In this document: piece by piece, positions 38,544 to 50,887 of the stretch | How the letters are laid out: the number at the start of each line of letters is the position of its first letter | How positions within the stretch are numbered: the stretch's first letter is position 1 | Source of the DNA: Mytilus edulis | Taxonomy: Eukaryota | NCBI RefSeq assembly: GCF_963676685.1 | Contig: NC_092357.1 | Coordinates: forward strand, 21,638,001 to 21,702,000 | Direction: 5' to 3' | Length of the DNA stretch: 64,000 nucleotides | Made by a program: the position numbers and the translations under genes | Notes under the pieces: generated by a model | Databases searched by the model: none | The model's input: the letters and a program-made list of their open reading frames with translations, nothing else | Told to the model about the DNA's origin: nothing

Positions 38544-39455
38544 GGGGCTTCATCTAGATTATCATTTAGCTAAAGGGTCTAACGGTTGTTATAGCTTGAA
38601 CAGTACATGGGGCTCCATCTAGATTCTCATTTAGCTAAAGGGTCTAACGGTTGTTATAGCTTGAACAGTACATGGGGCTCCATCTAGATTCTCATTTAGC
38701 TAAAGGGTCTAACGGTTGTTATAGCTTGAACAGTACATGGGGCTCCATCTAGATTCTCATTTAGCTAAAGGGTCTTACGGTTGTTATAGCTTGAACAGTA
38801 CATGGGGCTCCATCTAGATTATCATTTAGCTAAAGGGTCTAACGGTTGTTATAGCTTGAACAGTACATGGGGCTCGATCTAGATTATCATTTAGCTAAAG
38901 GATCTAACGGTTGTTATAGCTTGAACAGTACATGGGGCTCCATCTAGATTCTCATTTAGCTAAAGGGTCTAACGGTTGTTATAGCTTGAACAGTACATGG
39001 GGCTCCATCTAGATTCTCATTTAGCTAAAGGGTCTAACGGTTGTTATAGCTTGAACAGTACATGGGGCTCCATCTAGATTCTCATTTAGCTAAAGGGTCT
39101 AACGGTTGTTATAGCTTGAACAGTACATGGGGCTCCATCTAGATTCTCATTTAGCTAAAGGGTCTAACGGTTGTTATAGCTTGAACAGTACATGGGGCTC
39201 CATCTAGATTCTCATTTAGCTAAAGGGTCTAACGGTTGTTATAGCTTGAACAGTACATGGGGCTCCATCTAGATTCTCATTTAGCTAAAGGGTCTAACGG
39301 TTGTTATAGCTTGAACAGTACATGGGGCTCCATCTAGATTCTCATTTAGCTAAAGGGTCTAACGGTTGTTATAGCTTGAACAGTACATGGGGCTCCATCT
39401 AGATTCTCATTTAGCTAAAGGGTCTAACGGTTGTTATAGCTTGAACAGTACATGG
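38544..39455. repeat. Tandem array, 65-bp unit x14
   Basis: GGGGCTCCATCTAGATTCTCATTTAGCTAAAGGGTCTAACGGTTGTTATAGCTTGAACAGTACAT repeats every 65 bp with no spacers. Confidence 0.95.
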
Positions 39456-39494
39456 TGGTTATTTCTCTCAGATGCTGATACACCAGAAACTAAG

Positions 39495-39531
39495 ACAAAA
39501 CGAAACAAAACAAAACAAAACAAAACAAAAC
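39495..39531. repeat. (CAAAA)n microsatellite
   Basis: Directly visible. Confidence 0.8.
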
Positions 39532-42500
39532 AGCGCCATGTTAACAATATATTATTATGATGTTAACTGACAAACACGCGTATCGTCAAAGTAGTTCTAA
39601 ACAAATCAAAGTTTACCCGTTTGAAATATCTTTCCCATTTTACTATGCAGTATTTTTTAAGTTGTACGATCTTATTATTTAACTTTGCAATATTGATCAT
39701 GTACTTAAATAATATAACGACTGATCTAGTACACTACTCCAATTGTATTATAATACATGTAGATTTGTACTATGAGTTTTTTTTTTTTTAAAGTACTTGA
39801 TTTGATATATTGGTTGGTGTTTAATGCTTCTTTCAGCACGTTTGCGCAATTTCGTGGCGGTCATTTATAATTGATGGAGGAAGTCAGAGTGCCAGGAGAT
39901 GAACCACTGACGTTCGGTAGAGAAACTGACAATCCTTGTCAATTAACATTTAAGTCGAGCACGCCTGCACGTGTGGGGTTCAGAACGGTAACAATAAAAT
40001 AGATGAGCTATATATATATACTGGAACCACTCGGCCAGTGAGACCCCGTCTAAACAGAAAATTCTAGCAGGCTATTGATACAGTAGTTGAGATGAACTAC
40101 TGGGATTTCTCGGGCACCGAGGACCGTCCCGTCCTGACAGGAAATTTTAATGTCAAATAACTAAAAATAAATAAGTAAATAAACAAAATAAATGAGTGAA
40201 GTAAATGTACTTACGTTCGTCGAAACTTTATCCAAAATTCATTATTCTGAAATTACATCCATCGGTAACGGCGTTGATGCTATTTACTCCTCATTAATGG
40301 ATATTGAATGTTAATACAAATGTTGTGTTTATTCCAAATGTTTTGGTGTTTATGTTTTTCTGACATGAATCTTGACTTTTCGACCTTATTAATTTTCTCT
40401 GTAAGCAAAAGATAAAGATAGCAACGGAGTTGATGCAGCAATGAGAAATAGTTTGTTTTATCTACTTTTATACAAAGTTAAAATGTTATCATACAGATGA
40501 TAAGGTATACTTAATGACGCAATAAGTATCTTTCTTTTATTTTACATAAAAATATAAAAATAACCATCTTTTCCTTGATTTTTGATGTTATAAGAATTCA
40601 TTTAATTAGTTAATTCTTTTTGTATCATATCTTTTTGATACAAGTTCAGTCGCCATATTGCATGCACATAGTTACATTTTCAAGTAGTATAAAGGAAATC
40701 CAAAGATTGAAGTACAATAACGAAATCATTAGGTCATTTTACAACACATAAAGCGGACGCTTGCAGTACTTCAATAAAAATCAATACTGGCTTTCTTTTC
40801 TAGATAGAATGATGCCAAATTTTAACAGATAAACATCAAACATTTAAAAAATAGATAAAAAATAAAAATCTTTAAATATAAAATACGAAGAAAATGTTCA
40901 CAAACAGTAAAAATAAAACCAGAAATATGAAGTTACAAGTAAAACACTGAGTACTAATTATATAAATAATGACTTATGCAGGTGATTAAATTTTTAATTT
41001 GAGGTATGGGGAGGGGATAAGCAAAACAATTTTCTTGCATTAACATTATTATTTGCCATATCAATGCATTAATATTAACCAATGAATATGCTGTCAAATT
41101 GACAGCAAACTGGGGTTTCTGTATTTCAAAATGTGAATCATGCTTTTTTTTTACCTACCACATACTATGTTTATTTTCCGATCAAATACGAACCACAAAT
41201 TCTGGATTGCAGACCAAAAGTCTAACCGTTATAAACCGTTACGAACCTTGATATATTTATGTTATATTTGGTATGTTTTTGTAGTTCATATTTTGTTTCG
41301 TTATAATGCACTCCCGCCATTTCATACAGATCTACTGATCAATTTAAAGTGACATGATTTGGTAGTCGACCACTTGCAAATATTACATGCGCATTTTAGA
41401 CAAAATGATACGTATGTCATTTGAGGTAGAGCGGGAACATTGTGTTACCGCTGTCGGGCGTGTGTCAAAAAAGTAAGTTCCCCCCACCCCGTAAATTGTC
41501 ACATATCAACTCTTCGAATACTTTGCGCCAGGGATCAATAAAGTGCAGTATTAAAATCTAGTTACCAGGTGCACGTAATTTAGAGGTTACACCGGTTAGT
41601 TCTCTTAGTTAAGACTTCATTTGGTATATGTTTTATAAAACATATCTTTTAAAACAATATTTCACGTACTTCACCCCAGTTTGAGTTTCTTTGTTATGCA
41701 TGCTTTCCTTTGTTCTGTAACATTTTTGCGAGAATGTCAAATCCACTATAAAACTTATAATTAATTATACGGAAAAGACTATCTATCAAAATTAACGTAG
41801 AAAAAAATCCAGTGTATATACTGGGATTCGAACTCAAGACCTTTAGTATATCAAGCTACGACACATACCAGTACACCAGGACGACTTGATACGAATAAGT
41901 AATTTGAAATACTTAAAGGAAGCAAGATTATTTTTATAAGTGGGGCGAGTTGTCAGACCTTTATTCGGTGGGGTTTAAACCTTTTTTGTTAATAAGTGAG
42001 TTTTCAGACTGACTGATTAATTTGATTTTAAACTTTTTCAAAAGTGGGGCGAGTCGGTAGACAAGAGTGGGGCGATTTTCTTATAGGGCGATATAGTGTG
42101 GGCCGATTATCAGTTGGGGCGAGTTGACATTGTTTGATATCTGCTCATCGTGTTTGGGGGGTTATAAAGGGTATACATCATATAGTTTGTCAGGACCAAA
42201 TGGATAAATTGTTTTTCTTCTGCTTCAGGTAAAATTTAATACTTATTTATCTTGAGATTTTTTTTCTTTTAAAAAGCAACACAATATTAAATAAATTTCC
42301 TTTTTGAATTTTTTTTTTATAAATATAAAACTCTCCGTAAAAATATTTAAATTCAGACAATTCAACATTAAATGCTTACTTTTTTATTGATAAATTTACA
42401 TGTATTGTGCTTCTCTGAAAAAAAACCTTTGCTGTATATATCATCAGTCTGGCATTGTTTTCTTGAAAGAAAAAAAATCCCTAAAATGGCAGGTATATAA

Positions 42501-42772
42501 ATTAGATAAATACTATTTTACCTATATCTTTAAGTTACCCCAAATATTTTTGTTTATAATTCTATAAACATGTATGTGTACCATTAGAAAATGTATGAAG
42601 ATTTGCAAAATTAAAAATGTTTTGTTTTAATCTTTGCTCTTTCACCTTTAATCAGTAGACGTTTTTCCAAGGAAAATGCCTCAGGGAATTGTACACTTTG
42701 TTAGTGCAGTTATTAACAGTTCACTTTCATAATTAACTGACAATGAAAAGTCATTCACTAATATAGCATTTC

Positions 42773-43150
42773 TTAGAACATACTCACCCGTTCTCGTCCA
42801 ATGAAAAGTAAGTTTTTCCCTCTCTAATTTTCATAGTACATGGTTTTCCATGCACTATGAAATGCTATACATGACTGACTTTTCATTTATGGAAATATTT
42901 CAATGGGATAATTTTATAAGGTCACTCGAAAGTGTGAATATGTTCTAAATTGGTCAGACAATACTTGGTCATGTTTTATGAAGATTTAAGCCCTCGGCTT
43001 CGCCTTGGGCTTCGCCTCGGGCTTAAATATTCATACAACATGACCAAGTATTGTCTAACCTATAAATAGTGCATGCAAAACCATGTACTATGAAAATTAG
43101 AGGGGAAAAACTGACTTTTCATTGGACGAGAAGGGGTGAGTATGTTCTAA
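42773..43150. mobile_element. Foldback non-autonomous element with nested inverted repeats
   Basis: ~75-bp outer inverted arms (TTAGAACATACTCACCC... / ...GGGTGAGTATGTTCTAA) and an inner ~45-bp hairpin centred on GGCTTCGCC motifs. Confidence 0.75.
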
Positions 43151-43795
43151 TAAAGAATGTTCGTTCTTTATTATAAGTTGCCCATCAGCTGTTTTTTTTC
43201 TCGAATGAACCAAGAGTTAATTGACCAACAAGGCTAAGGTTAAAAGGACTAGTGAGTAGTTTTATTTCTGAGAGTGTGTCTTGTTATGTCGGTTTTCATT
43301 GGTTTGAAGTTTTGAATACCCTCCGTGTTTGGTTAGTGATTTAAATAGCCATATTTCGTTAGACCAAGATGTTAGAAATAACGTCAAAGAAGCAAGAATT
43401 TTGATGATAGATTTGAAACTGTTCGAAGAACCACATATACAAGGTATATCATAACGAATAATTTATCTAATAAGATTTTTTAAAAACTTTTATTTTGCGT
43501 TCTTCATATTATCCATTAAATATGCGACCCCTTCCTTAACATATATACTGAAATACATTAACCTATATCCAGTGACAGCCGATGTCTTATTTCAGGATTT
43601 ATTGTTGTTCTATGTGTCCTTGTCCTAAAAAATCGTGAAATATTCGCCACTGAACGTTAAACAAAAAATAATCAAACATCAATCAATAAATAATTTCCGG
43701 ACCACAGGAGATATGCAATCCTCCTAACAAATGTAAAGGCCAAACAAAAATTGATAGTTTTATATTATAATTATATTACTTTTTGTTATGTTTTA

Positions 43796-45470
43796 ATAAA
43801 ATTGAGAATGAAAATTGGGAATATGTCAAAGAAACAACAACCCGACCAAAGATCAGATAACAGCCGAAGGCCACCCATTTGTTTTCAATGCAGCGATAAA
43901 ATTCCGCACCCGGAGGTGGTCCTCAGCTGGCCCCTAAATAAAAAATGTGTATTAGTTCAGTGAAATGGCATCACACTAAATTCCGAAACATAAAATGAAC
44001 TGAGAATAAAGAAAACCACATAAAAGACTAATAAAGGCCAGAGGCCAGACTTGGGGTCAATTACATTGGAATGTAATTAATTAAATTACACATTACATTG
44101 CAAAAATGATCAATTACATCAATTACACATTACACTGTTTTTGAAATGTAATTAATTAAATTACAATTACTTTACTAAAGTAATTAATTAAATTACACAT
44201 TACATTTCGTCATGGTATTTTTTAACAATATTATACATGTATAAATAATGCATGTGTAAAATATTCATGTAAGCATAGTTTAAGCGTTGCATTTGATAAT
44301 CATTAGCTATTTTAATGTTTTGTCATTTAGTCTGCCTCTCTCTGGTCTGAACACTTTGACATCAATTCTAAATAGTCTTTAGACAGGAGCTAATGTGGCA
44401 GATATTGCTTGATCAGAACATGGAAGTTCTATGATCAGAAGATCACCATATTGAAAGGAGGGGGAATTGGTTCCTATTAACTTGCCAATACATCAAGGGG
44501 TATTTTGACATCTCAGAAATTAAGTCATTTAAATTAAACATAATATAAATAAAGATATTATACATAAATCATAATTTTTTTTTTTTAATTTACATTAAAA
44601 ATATCAAAAAGTGTGCTTGTCACAATATTGAAAATAATTTTTAGTACAAATAATGTATGTATAATGTCTTAATATTAGCAATATTTTGCTAATTAGATAA
44701 AAAATACATGCAACAGTGGCATTGCCCCTGGACATTTTAATCTGATTAATTGCTGTTTGTTTTTACAGCTGTTAATTTTTATTTCTATAATCCTTTTGTG
44801 TATACTTATTTGACAAAATGATTGTGTGCAGTGATTTTAAAATCTAAATGAACTATCTAAGAAAGATTTTTCACAGTGACACTTTTTTTTGTTTTTTGTT
44901 TAACAAGGTGATTAATTACTTATAAATATATTTAGTTTAAAGATCATTCTTAAAAACAGAACACTAATATATGATTCTCACATTTTTTTTAATTTACAAT
45001 TAAATAATTATTATCAAAAAAAACCATCAGCAGGTGAAAAAAATATTAATATACATTGTAACTTCAGTATAAATTATGGACTTCATATAATGAAAGAGTA
45101 TGTGATATCAATATTTGAAAAACAAGTATTATTTTACAATTTATATTATTAAACACAAATCCTTATCTTTAACACCATAAAAGTATATGTAATTGAAATG
45201 TAATTCATAAGTAATTGAGCATTACATGCTTTTTTCAATGTAATTAATTAAATTACCATTACATGTAATTAAAAAAATGCTCAATTACACATTACATTCA
45301 ATTACATGGAAAATTGTAATGCATTACACTTAATTACCATTACATTTTCAATTACCCCATCCCTGCCAGAGGCTCCTGACGAGGGACATGCGCAAACATT
45401 GGCGGGGTTCAACATGTTTAGTGACATCTCAATACTCCCCCTATGCCTCTAGCCTATGTAGAATAAACAA
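43796..45470 (-). mobile_element. 5'-truncated relative of the Naiad 3' end/pLTR, split by a hAT MITE
   Basis: 43796-44045 and 45366-45470 are reverse-complement homologues of about 59950-60290. Confidence 0.7.
44046..45365. mobile_element. hAT-like MITE with ATTAC-rich subterminal repeats
   Basis: 8-bp TSD CCAGAGGC at 44038-44045 and 45366-45373; CAG...CTG ends. Confidence 0.8.
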
Positions 45471-46344
45471 ATACACAGTATACACACAGTGAAACTCTGT
45501 TTAAAAGAAGTCTGAGTTAATGTTTGTCTTCCCTGTGAAAAAAGTCGCAGAAAGTTAGACATAGGTGTTACAAATAATTTTGATAGGAACTAGTTGTAAT
45601 AACTTTGAAGTTATATTACTATTAGTTCATTTCTAGTTTGACATTAATTTTGAGACCCTGTAGCCATAGGTTATTGTCCAGAGACTTTGAATTTATTAGT
45701 AATGTTGCTGTCCATCAGATTGTTTTTCGAATTATCTGCCGACAGGCGAGACATGCATATCTCTATCAACAGTTAATTTGTCTCGTCTTGACGCAGTCTA
45801 AAAGCGAGTCAAAGGTATAATGCTTTCGAAAGCTTCATGTATGCCAATTATTAGACATAAAAAAGAGATGTGATACGATTGCTATTGAGACTATCTACAA
45901 TAGACCAAATGACACAGAAATTAACCACTATAGGTAGCCGTACGGCCTTCAACAACGAGTTAAGCCCATACCGAATAGTCAACCGAAATGACGTATGTAA
46001 AACATTCTTATAGCATTCCGCGAAGTACTTATCTAGATGTTTGAGAAGCACTACCCTTTCTCTACCAAATATAGAAGAGACGGGATCAGTCATCTGTGTT
46101 GGCGAAGATGTACCCTTACTCAATAACATGCATATGAGACAAGCTTTGGTTCTCAATCAGATGCATATGAGACAAGCTTGGGTTCTGTACCAGAATGAGA
46201 AGCTGTATCCTTACTGTATCCGTACTCGATTACATGTATGAGAAATCGTGTTGTAACTCAATCGTGTAAATGAGAAATAAAACGTATCAGATGTATATCA
46301 GCTTGTATCTTGAAAGTATTCAAAATAGATGCTAGCTATTTCAA

Positions 46345-48020
46345 TTATTATAGCATAGCATTTACATTTTCATAGCATAGTGCTAGGTCCCTTCTTATAG
46401 AATAGCACTATGTACATTATTATAGCTTTCGACTAAGTACATTCCTATTGCATAGATCTAAGTTCATTATTATAACAAAAACCAGGTCCATTATTAAAGC
46501 ATATCACTATTGACACTATTATTAGATAGTGCTAGGTCCATTCACATACCTTTCCGCTAAGCATATATCCTATAGCATTGCACTAAATACAATATTATAG
46601 CATTATTACAGTAAAAACATTCATAAAGCATAATTTTAGGTACACAATAAAAGCCTAAATCTAAGTCAATTCTTTTAATACTAAATACATTATAATATCA
46701 TAGCGCTGAATCAATACTTATAGAATAGCACTAAGTACATAGAGAATATCATATGGCTTTTTCAATATCGCATCCGTATCAACCACCAATATAATCCCAA
46801 GAGCTCTGCTCGAGGGATTATATTGGTTGAAGGTTGATACGGTGTGTGATATTGAAAAAAGCCATATCATATACACTTTATTATATATACATATCTCAAG
46901 TAGACGTTTTTTATGTGACATTTCGTCATAGAGATAAGGAGGATTGAAATGACGTCATACAGATTATAGGTTTGACATGACGTCATAAAGATTAGGGTTT
47001 TGATAAAGCCTTTGCAACAGTGACTGCAATCGATGACGTGACGTCATACAGATTAAAGATGTGATAAAGCTTTTGCAACCGTGCTGATATCGATATCATC
47101 ACGGGTGGCTGATACACCACGCTTGCCATTGATTGTATTACACATACAATTTATCTGTATTTACTACTAAGTATATAATAAATTATTATAACATTTTACT
47201 AAGTACAGTTAGCTAGCATCGCATTACGTACATTGTTTTAGCATCCCACAAAGTACATTATACAAGCATCGCATTAAGAATATTATTTAAACAAGAACTA
47301 AGTCAATACTTATAGCATAGCAGTAGGTGCATTATTATAACCTACAGCTAGGTCCATTTTTATAGCATAGCATTAAATATATATTTATAGCATTCTAATA
47401 AATGCATTCTGAGAGCATAATGCTAACTACATTATTTAAGCATAGAACTAGGACAAGTCTTAAAGCATAGCACTAGGCACGTTATTATTGCATAGCACTT
47501 AGTCCATTATAATAGCATAGAATTTAGAACATTCTAATAGCATTTAACTAAGTACTCATTCTAATGTTTGAGAATCACTACCCTTTCTGTACTAGATGTA
47601 AAAGAGACTGGATCAGTCATCTGTGTTAACGAAGCTGGACCCTTACTCAATCACATGCATATGAGACAAGCTTGGGTTCTCTACCAGAATTAAAACATAT
47701 CACTATAAAGACTTTTATCACATAGTGCTAGGTCTATTTATATGCCATTCCGCTAAAGACATTTTTGAACATAGCGATAGGCCCATTACGCTGAATACAT
47801 TTTTGAACAAGCTCCATTATTATACATATCACAAGAAACATTTATATAACATAGCGCTAAGCCCATTCGTATAGCATAGCACAAAGTACACCAATATAGT
47901 ATTCCAATTAGTAAATTCTTATATTATAGCACTAAGTATATTATTTTAGTATTCGATGGCCTCTGAGTACATTTATTAAAGCATAGCACGAGGTACATTA
48001 TAACAACATAGCGCTATGTT
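46345..48020. repeat. Degenerate satellite-like region (~21-23-bp TAGCATAGCACTAAGTACATT-type units) with a palindromic insertion at about 46740-47170
   Basis: Many decayed copies of the motif; the block 46036-46195 is duplicated at 47564-47690. Confidence 0.55.
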
Positions 48021-48489
48021 CTTTCTTTTACAATATTAATTGGAATAACTCTGTATCAATTTTAAAACATTACTATATCATACAACTTTAAAAGATGCTA
48101 TTGAAATTTTGCAAAATAAATACACAACTTTTACTACTGATTTGTTTATCTATTTCTTTATATTTGGAACCTCTTCCTTTTACGTGTATTGTGTATAATA
48201 TGCCAACTTTAATGTATATAACATAAACAATATTTAATATATAACATGTTTTATTTTGCTTTTAATGTCATGTATTGGTTGAAAAAAAATCAAAATCAGT
48301 AAACAATCAACAATGAAAATTTCACAATCAATCACGTTCAGTTAGTCTTTCACAAACACCGGTGTTTTTATGGGTCTTCCAAGTGCTCCAAGATACCACT
48401 TTCATAATTAACAACATCAATTGTATGAATAATCAAAGTAGGTATGCAAAGTTTATGTGAAACTGCCTATTCTAACCAAGTATCTTGTC

Positions 48490-49250
48490 TAAGCATAGGA
48501 AAAATCACTCTGATTCAAACATTCTTTTCCCATAAAACTTACATTATCAAGATGCTGGATTTCTTGATTGACAACTTATTGCTACGTTAGTTAACTGTTG
48601 AACGCATCTAACCTATCCAACTAACGGATACACCAGATGCATTTAAGTCTGCCTTTTATCTTAACTTGCATCTAGAAATTGACGACAAGGGTCGGTTGGC
48701 AACTGAGTTGCACGATATAATTGATTCAGCTTCATAATTGTAAACTTTCAATTTCTATGTAGCAGCGTATTTATCTCCCAGTTGATACGGTATTGCAGAG
48801 CTTGTAATTTCTATTGTATTTTCCTTGATAAAGGATTGCTGGTCACAAGGAAGCTATTAAACCAAGAGTTCCAAGTGGAGAAGTTGAAATCCTTCATTTG
48901 TAACACGAGTTGGTTGATCTTTATGGTAGTAAGTTTTAACTACAACCTCGCCCCTTTCCCCGAACATGTCCTATCGAGTAAGACTTATTACTGGTGCTGT
49001 ACTAGTATGAGCAACACGATTGATGCCACATGTGGAACAGGATCTGCTTAACCTTCTGGAGCACCTGTGATCACATCAAGTTTTGTTATAGTTCGTGTAG
49101 TACTTCGTCTTTAGTGTTCTATGTTGTGTTTTGTGAACTATCGTTGGCTGTTTGTCTTTTCTTTCTTAGCCATGGCGTTGTCAGTTTATTTTCGACCTAT
49201 GAGTTTAAATGTCCTTTTGGGTTTTTTTTTCGCCTTTTTCCTACGATGAG
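48490..49250 (+). pseudogene. Decayed Penelope-like RT 3' fragment with its 3' tail
   Basis: IIKMLDFLIDNL, SAFYLNLHLEIDDKGRL and YFSQLIRYCRAC...RKLLNQEF remnants. Confidence 0.65.
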
Positions 49251-49679
49251 CAAGCGCTAATTATGATATTTCTTTTTTGCGTTTAATCTATGTCGATTTT
49301 TTTGAAAAATCAGAGGCAATGATTTTGATTAAAACAACTAAAGCTTCAAGATCCGTGTGTAATTTGCAACCTACAACTACTATACGCTGATTGTCGGAAA
49401 TATAAAATGTACTTGTGCTCACTACGAAACTGCGAGTTTCGTTTCTCATCATGTTTCATATGCAAAAATTTCTTTAGTTTAGTAATTGTAATATATATCA
49501 GTTATATACGATATTTAATTCGATATTTATTTCTTATAAGCTTTCATGATTAGTTTGAATATACTTTTTATACATGTTACTATTTTTGTGTATGCAATTC
49601 ATTTCAAATTCAAAAGCCAGCATAGAAGCAACTTGAAAAATTGGAATGAGAATACTGCAAATAGAGTCAAGTCATACTC

Positions 49680-50250
49680 AAATTTTGACTTACATCTAGA
49701 AATAGACATTTAGGGTCGGTTGAAAACAAAGCTTTAAAGCAAAAGAGATGACTTCAGCTTTCAATTTCTATGCAGCATGTAGCAACATTCCAGCAACGCC
49801 TGCATACAGATTATATATCTCACAGATGATACAATATTCTAGGGAATGTATTTCCAACATGATTTTCTTGATAGACGGTTGCAGCTGCTTATAAGGAAGC
49901 TATTAGACCAAGAGTTCCAAATGGTGATGTTGAAACCATCCCCTCATAAGTGTAACGGACGCCATCGTGAATTGGTTGACCGTTATTGAATATCCGTTTA
50001 ACAGACGATAATGGATATGTTAGTAATCTTGTAACTACAATACTGTCTATATTTCCCGAATGTGACCTCCCGAATTAGAATGATTATCGGATTTGTATTA
50101 ACATGAGTAACACAACTTGTGCTACATGTGAGGCGGGATCTGCCTACCCTTCCAGGTTGATGTTCGTGTTGCTCAGTCCACAGTGTTCTATGCTGTGTTT
50201 TATTTACTATTATTTGTCGGTTGGTTTTGTTTTCCTTTTTTACCATAAGT
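49680..50250 (+). pseudogene. Second decayed Penelope-like RT 3' fragment with its tail
   Basis: DLHLEIDI.GRLKTKL..KRDDFSF, SNIPATPAY..YISQMIQYSR and KLLDQEF remnants. Confidence 0.65.
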
Positions 50251-50576
50251 TGTATAGATTACCAACAAATCTGATATAACTAATTCTGCTAAACACAAAA
50301 ATAAAGTCAATCTGTATTATTTCATTTTCTAAACACTAACTTTAATTTATAAGAATGTAACAAAAAAGTAAACGAAGTATATTTAAATGCGGATATATAA
50401 AATTGTTTGCCTAAAATTGTTTTGATCACCATAATTTGGTATAAACTTGAGGCTAATTTTGCAACCAATCATATGTTAACCAAACATCATTTTTAATGTA
50501 TATATTGTATTTTCATTGCTACCTCATAGAATATCCATGTGTATACAAACAAAAACATTCAACATATAAACAGGAG

Positions 50577-50887
50577 TCAAAGCAAGTCGGCCAAAACATT
50601 TTCAATGATTTTGACATTTTTGCCAATGTTGTTGAAAGCCTTGCCAATATCTCTCAGAGATGGTCGGATATTATGTAAAGAGCAAAAGTTAGACTTCCAT
50701 TCTTGAAGAATATGGCGATTAAGTTTCACTAAATCTCTTTCTGCTTGCTTGTATTTGATCTCCTCCCACGTTCGGAATTTCATGCCAAGCTCAACAAGGA
50801 ATGACAGTGAGTTATTTCCCACCAACGGAGCGACTCTGTCCAGATGCTCCTCTGTAGGAACCAAGTCCCATTTTTCTGGTTCTTGGT
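50577..50887 (-). CDS. Last exon: death domain 2 (DQEPEKWDLVPTEEHLDRVAPLVG...LVELGM...ILQEWK...IGKAFNNIGK)
   Basis: catag|AC acceptor, phase 1; death-fold pattern; TGA at 50577-50579. Confidence 0.85.

Noticed and set aside
38544-39455. Possible CRISPR array
   Set aside because: Units are contiguous and near-identical, with no unique spacers; the context is eukaryotic and there are no cas genes.
50577-50579. Roco gene TGA stop as another Sec codon
   Set aside because: It falls at the natural end of the death domain, and the Naiad SECIS is intronic and on the opposite strand.
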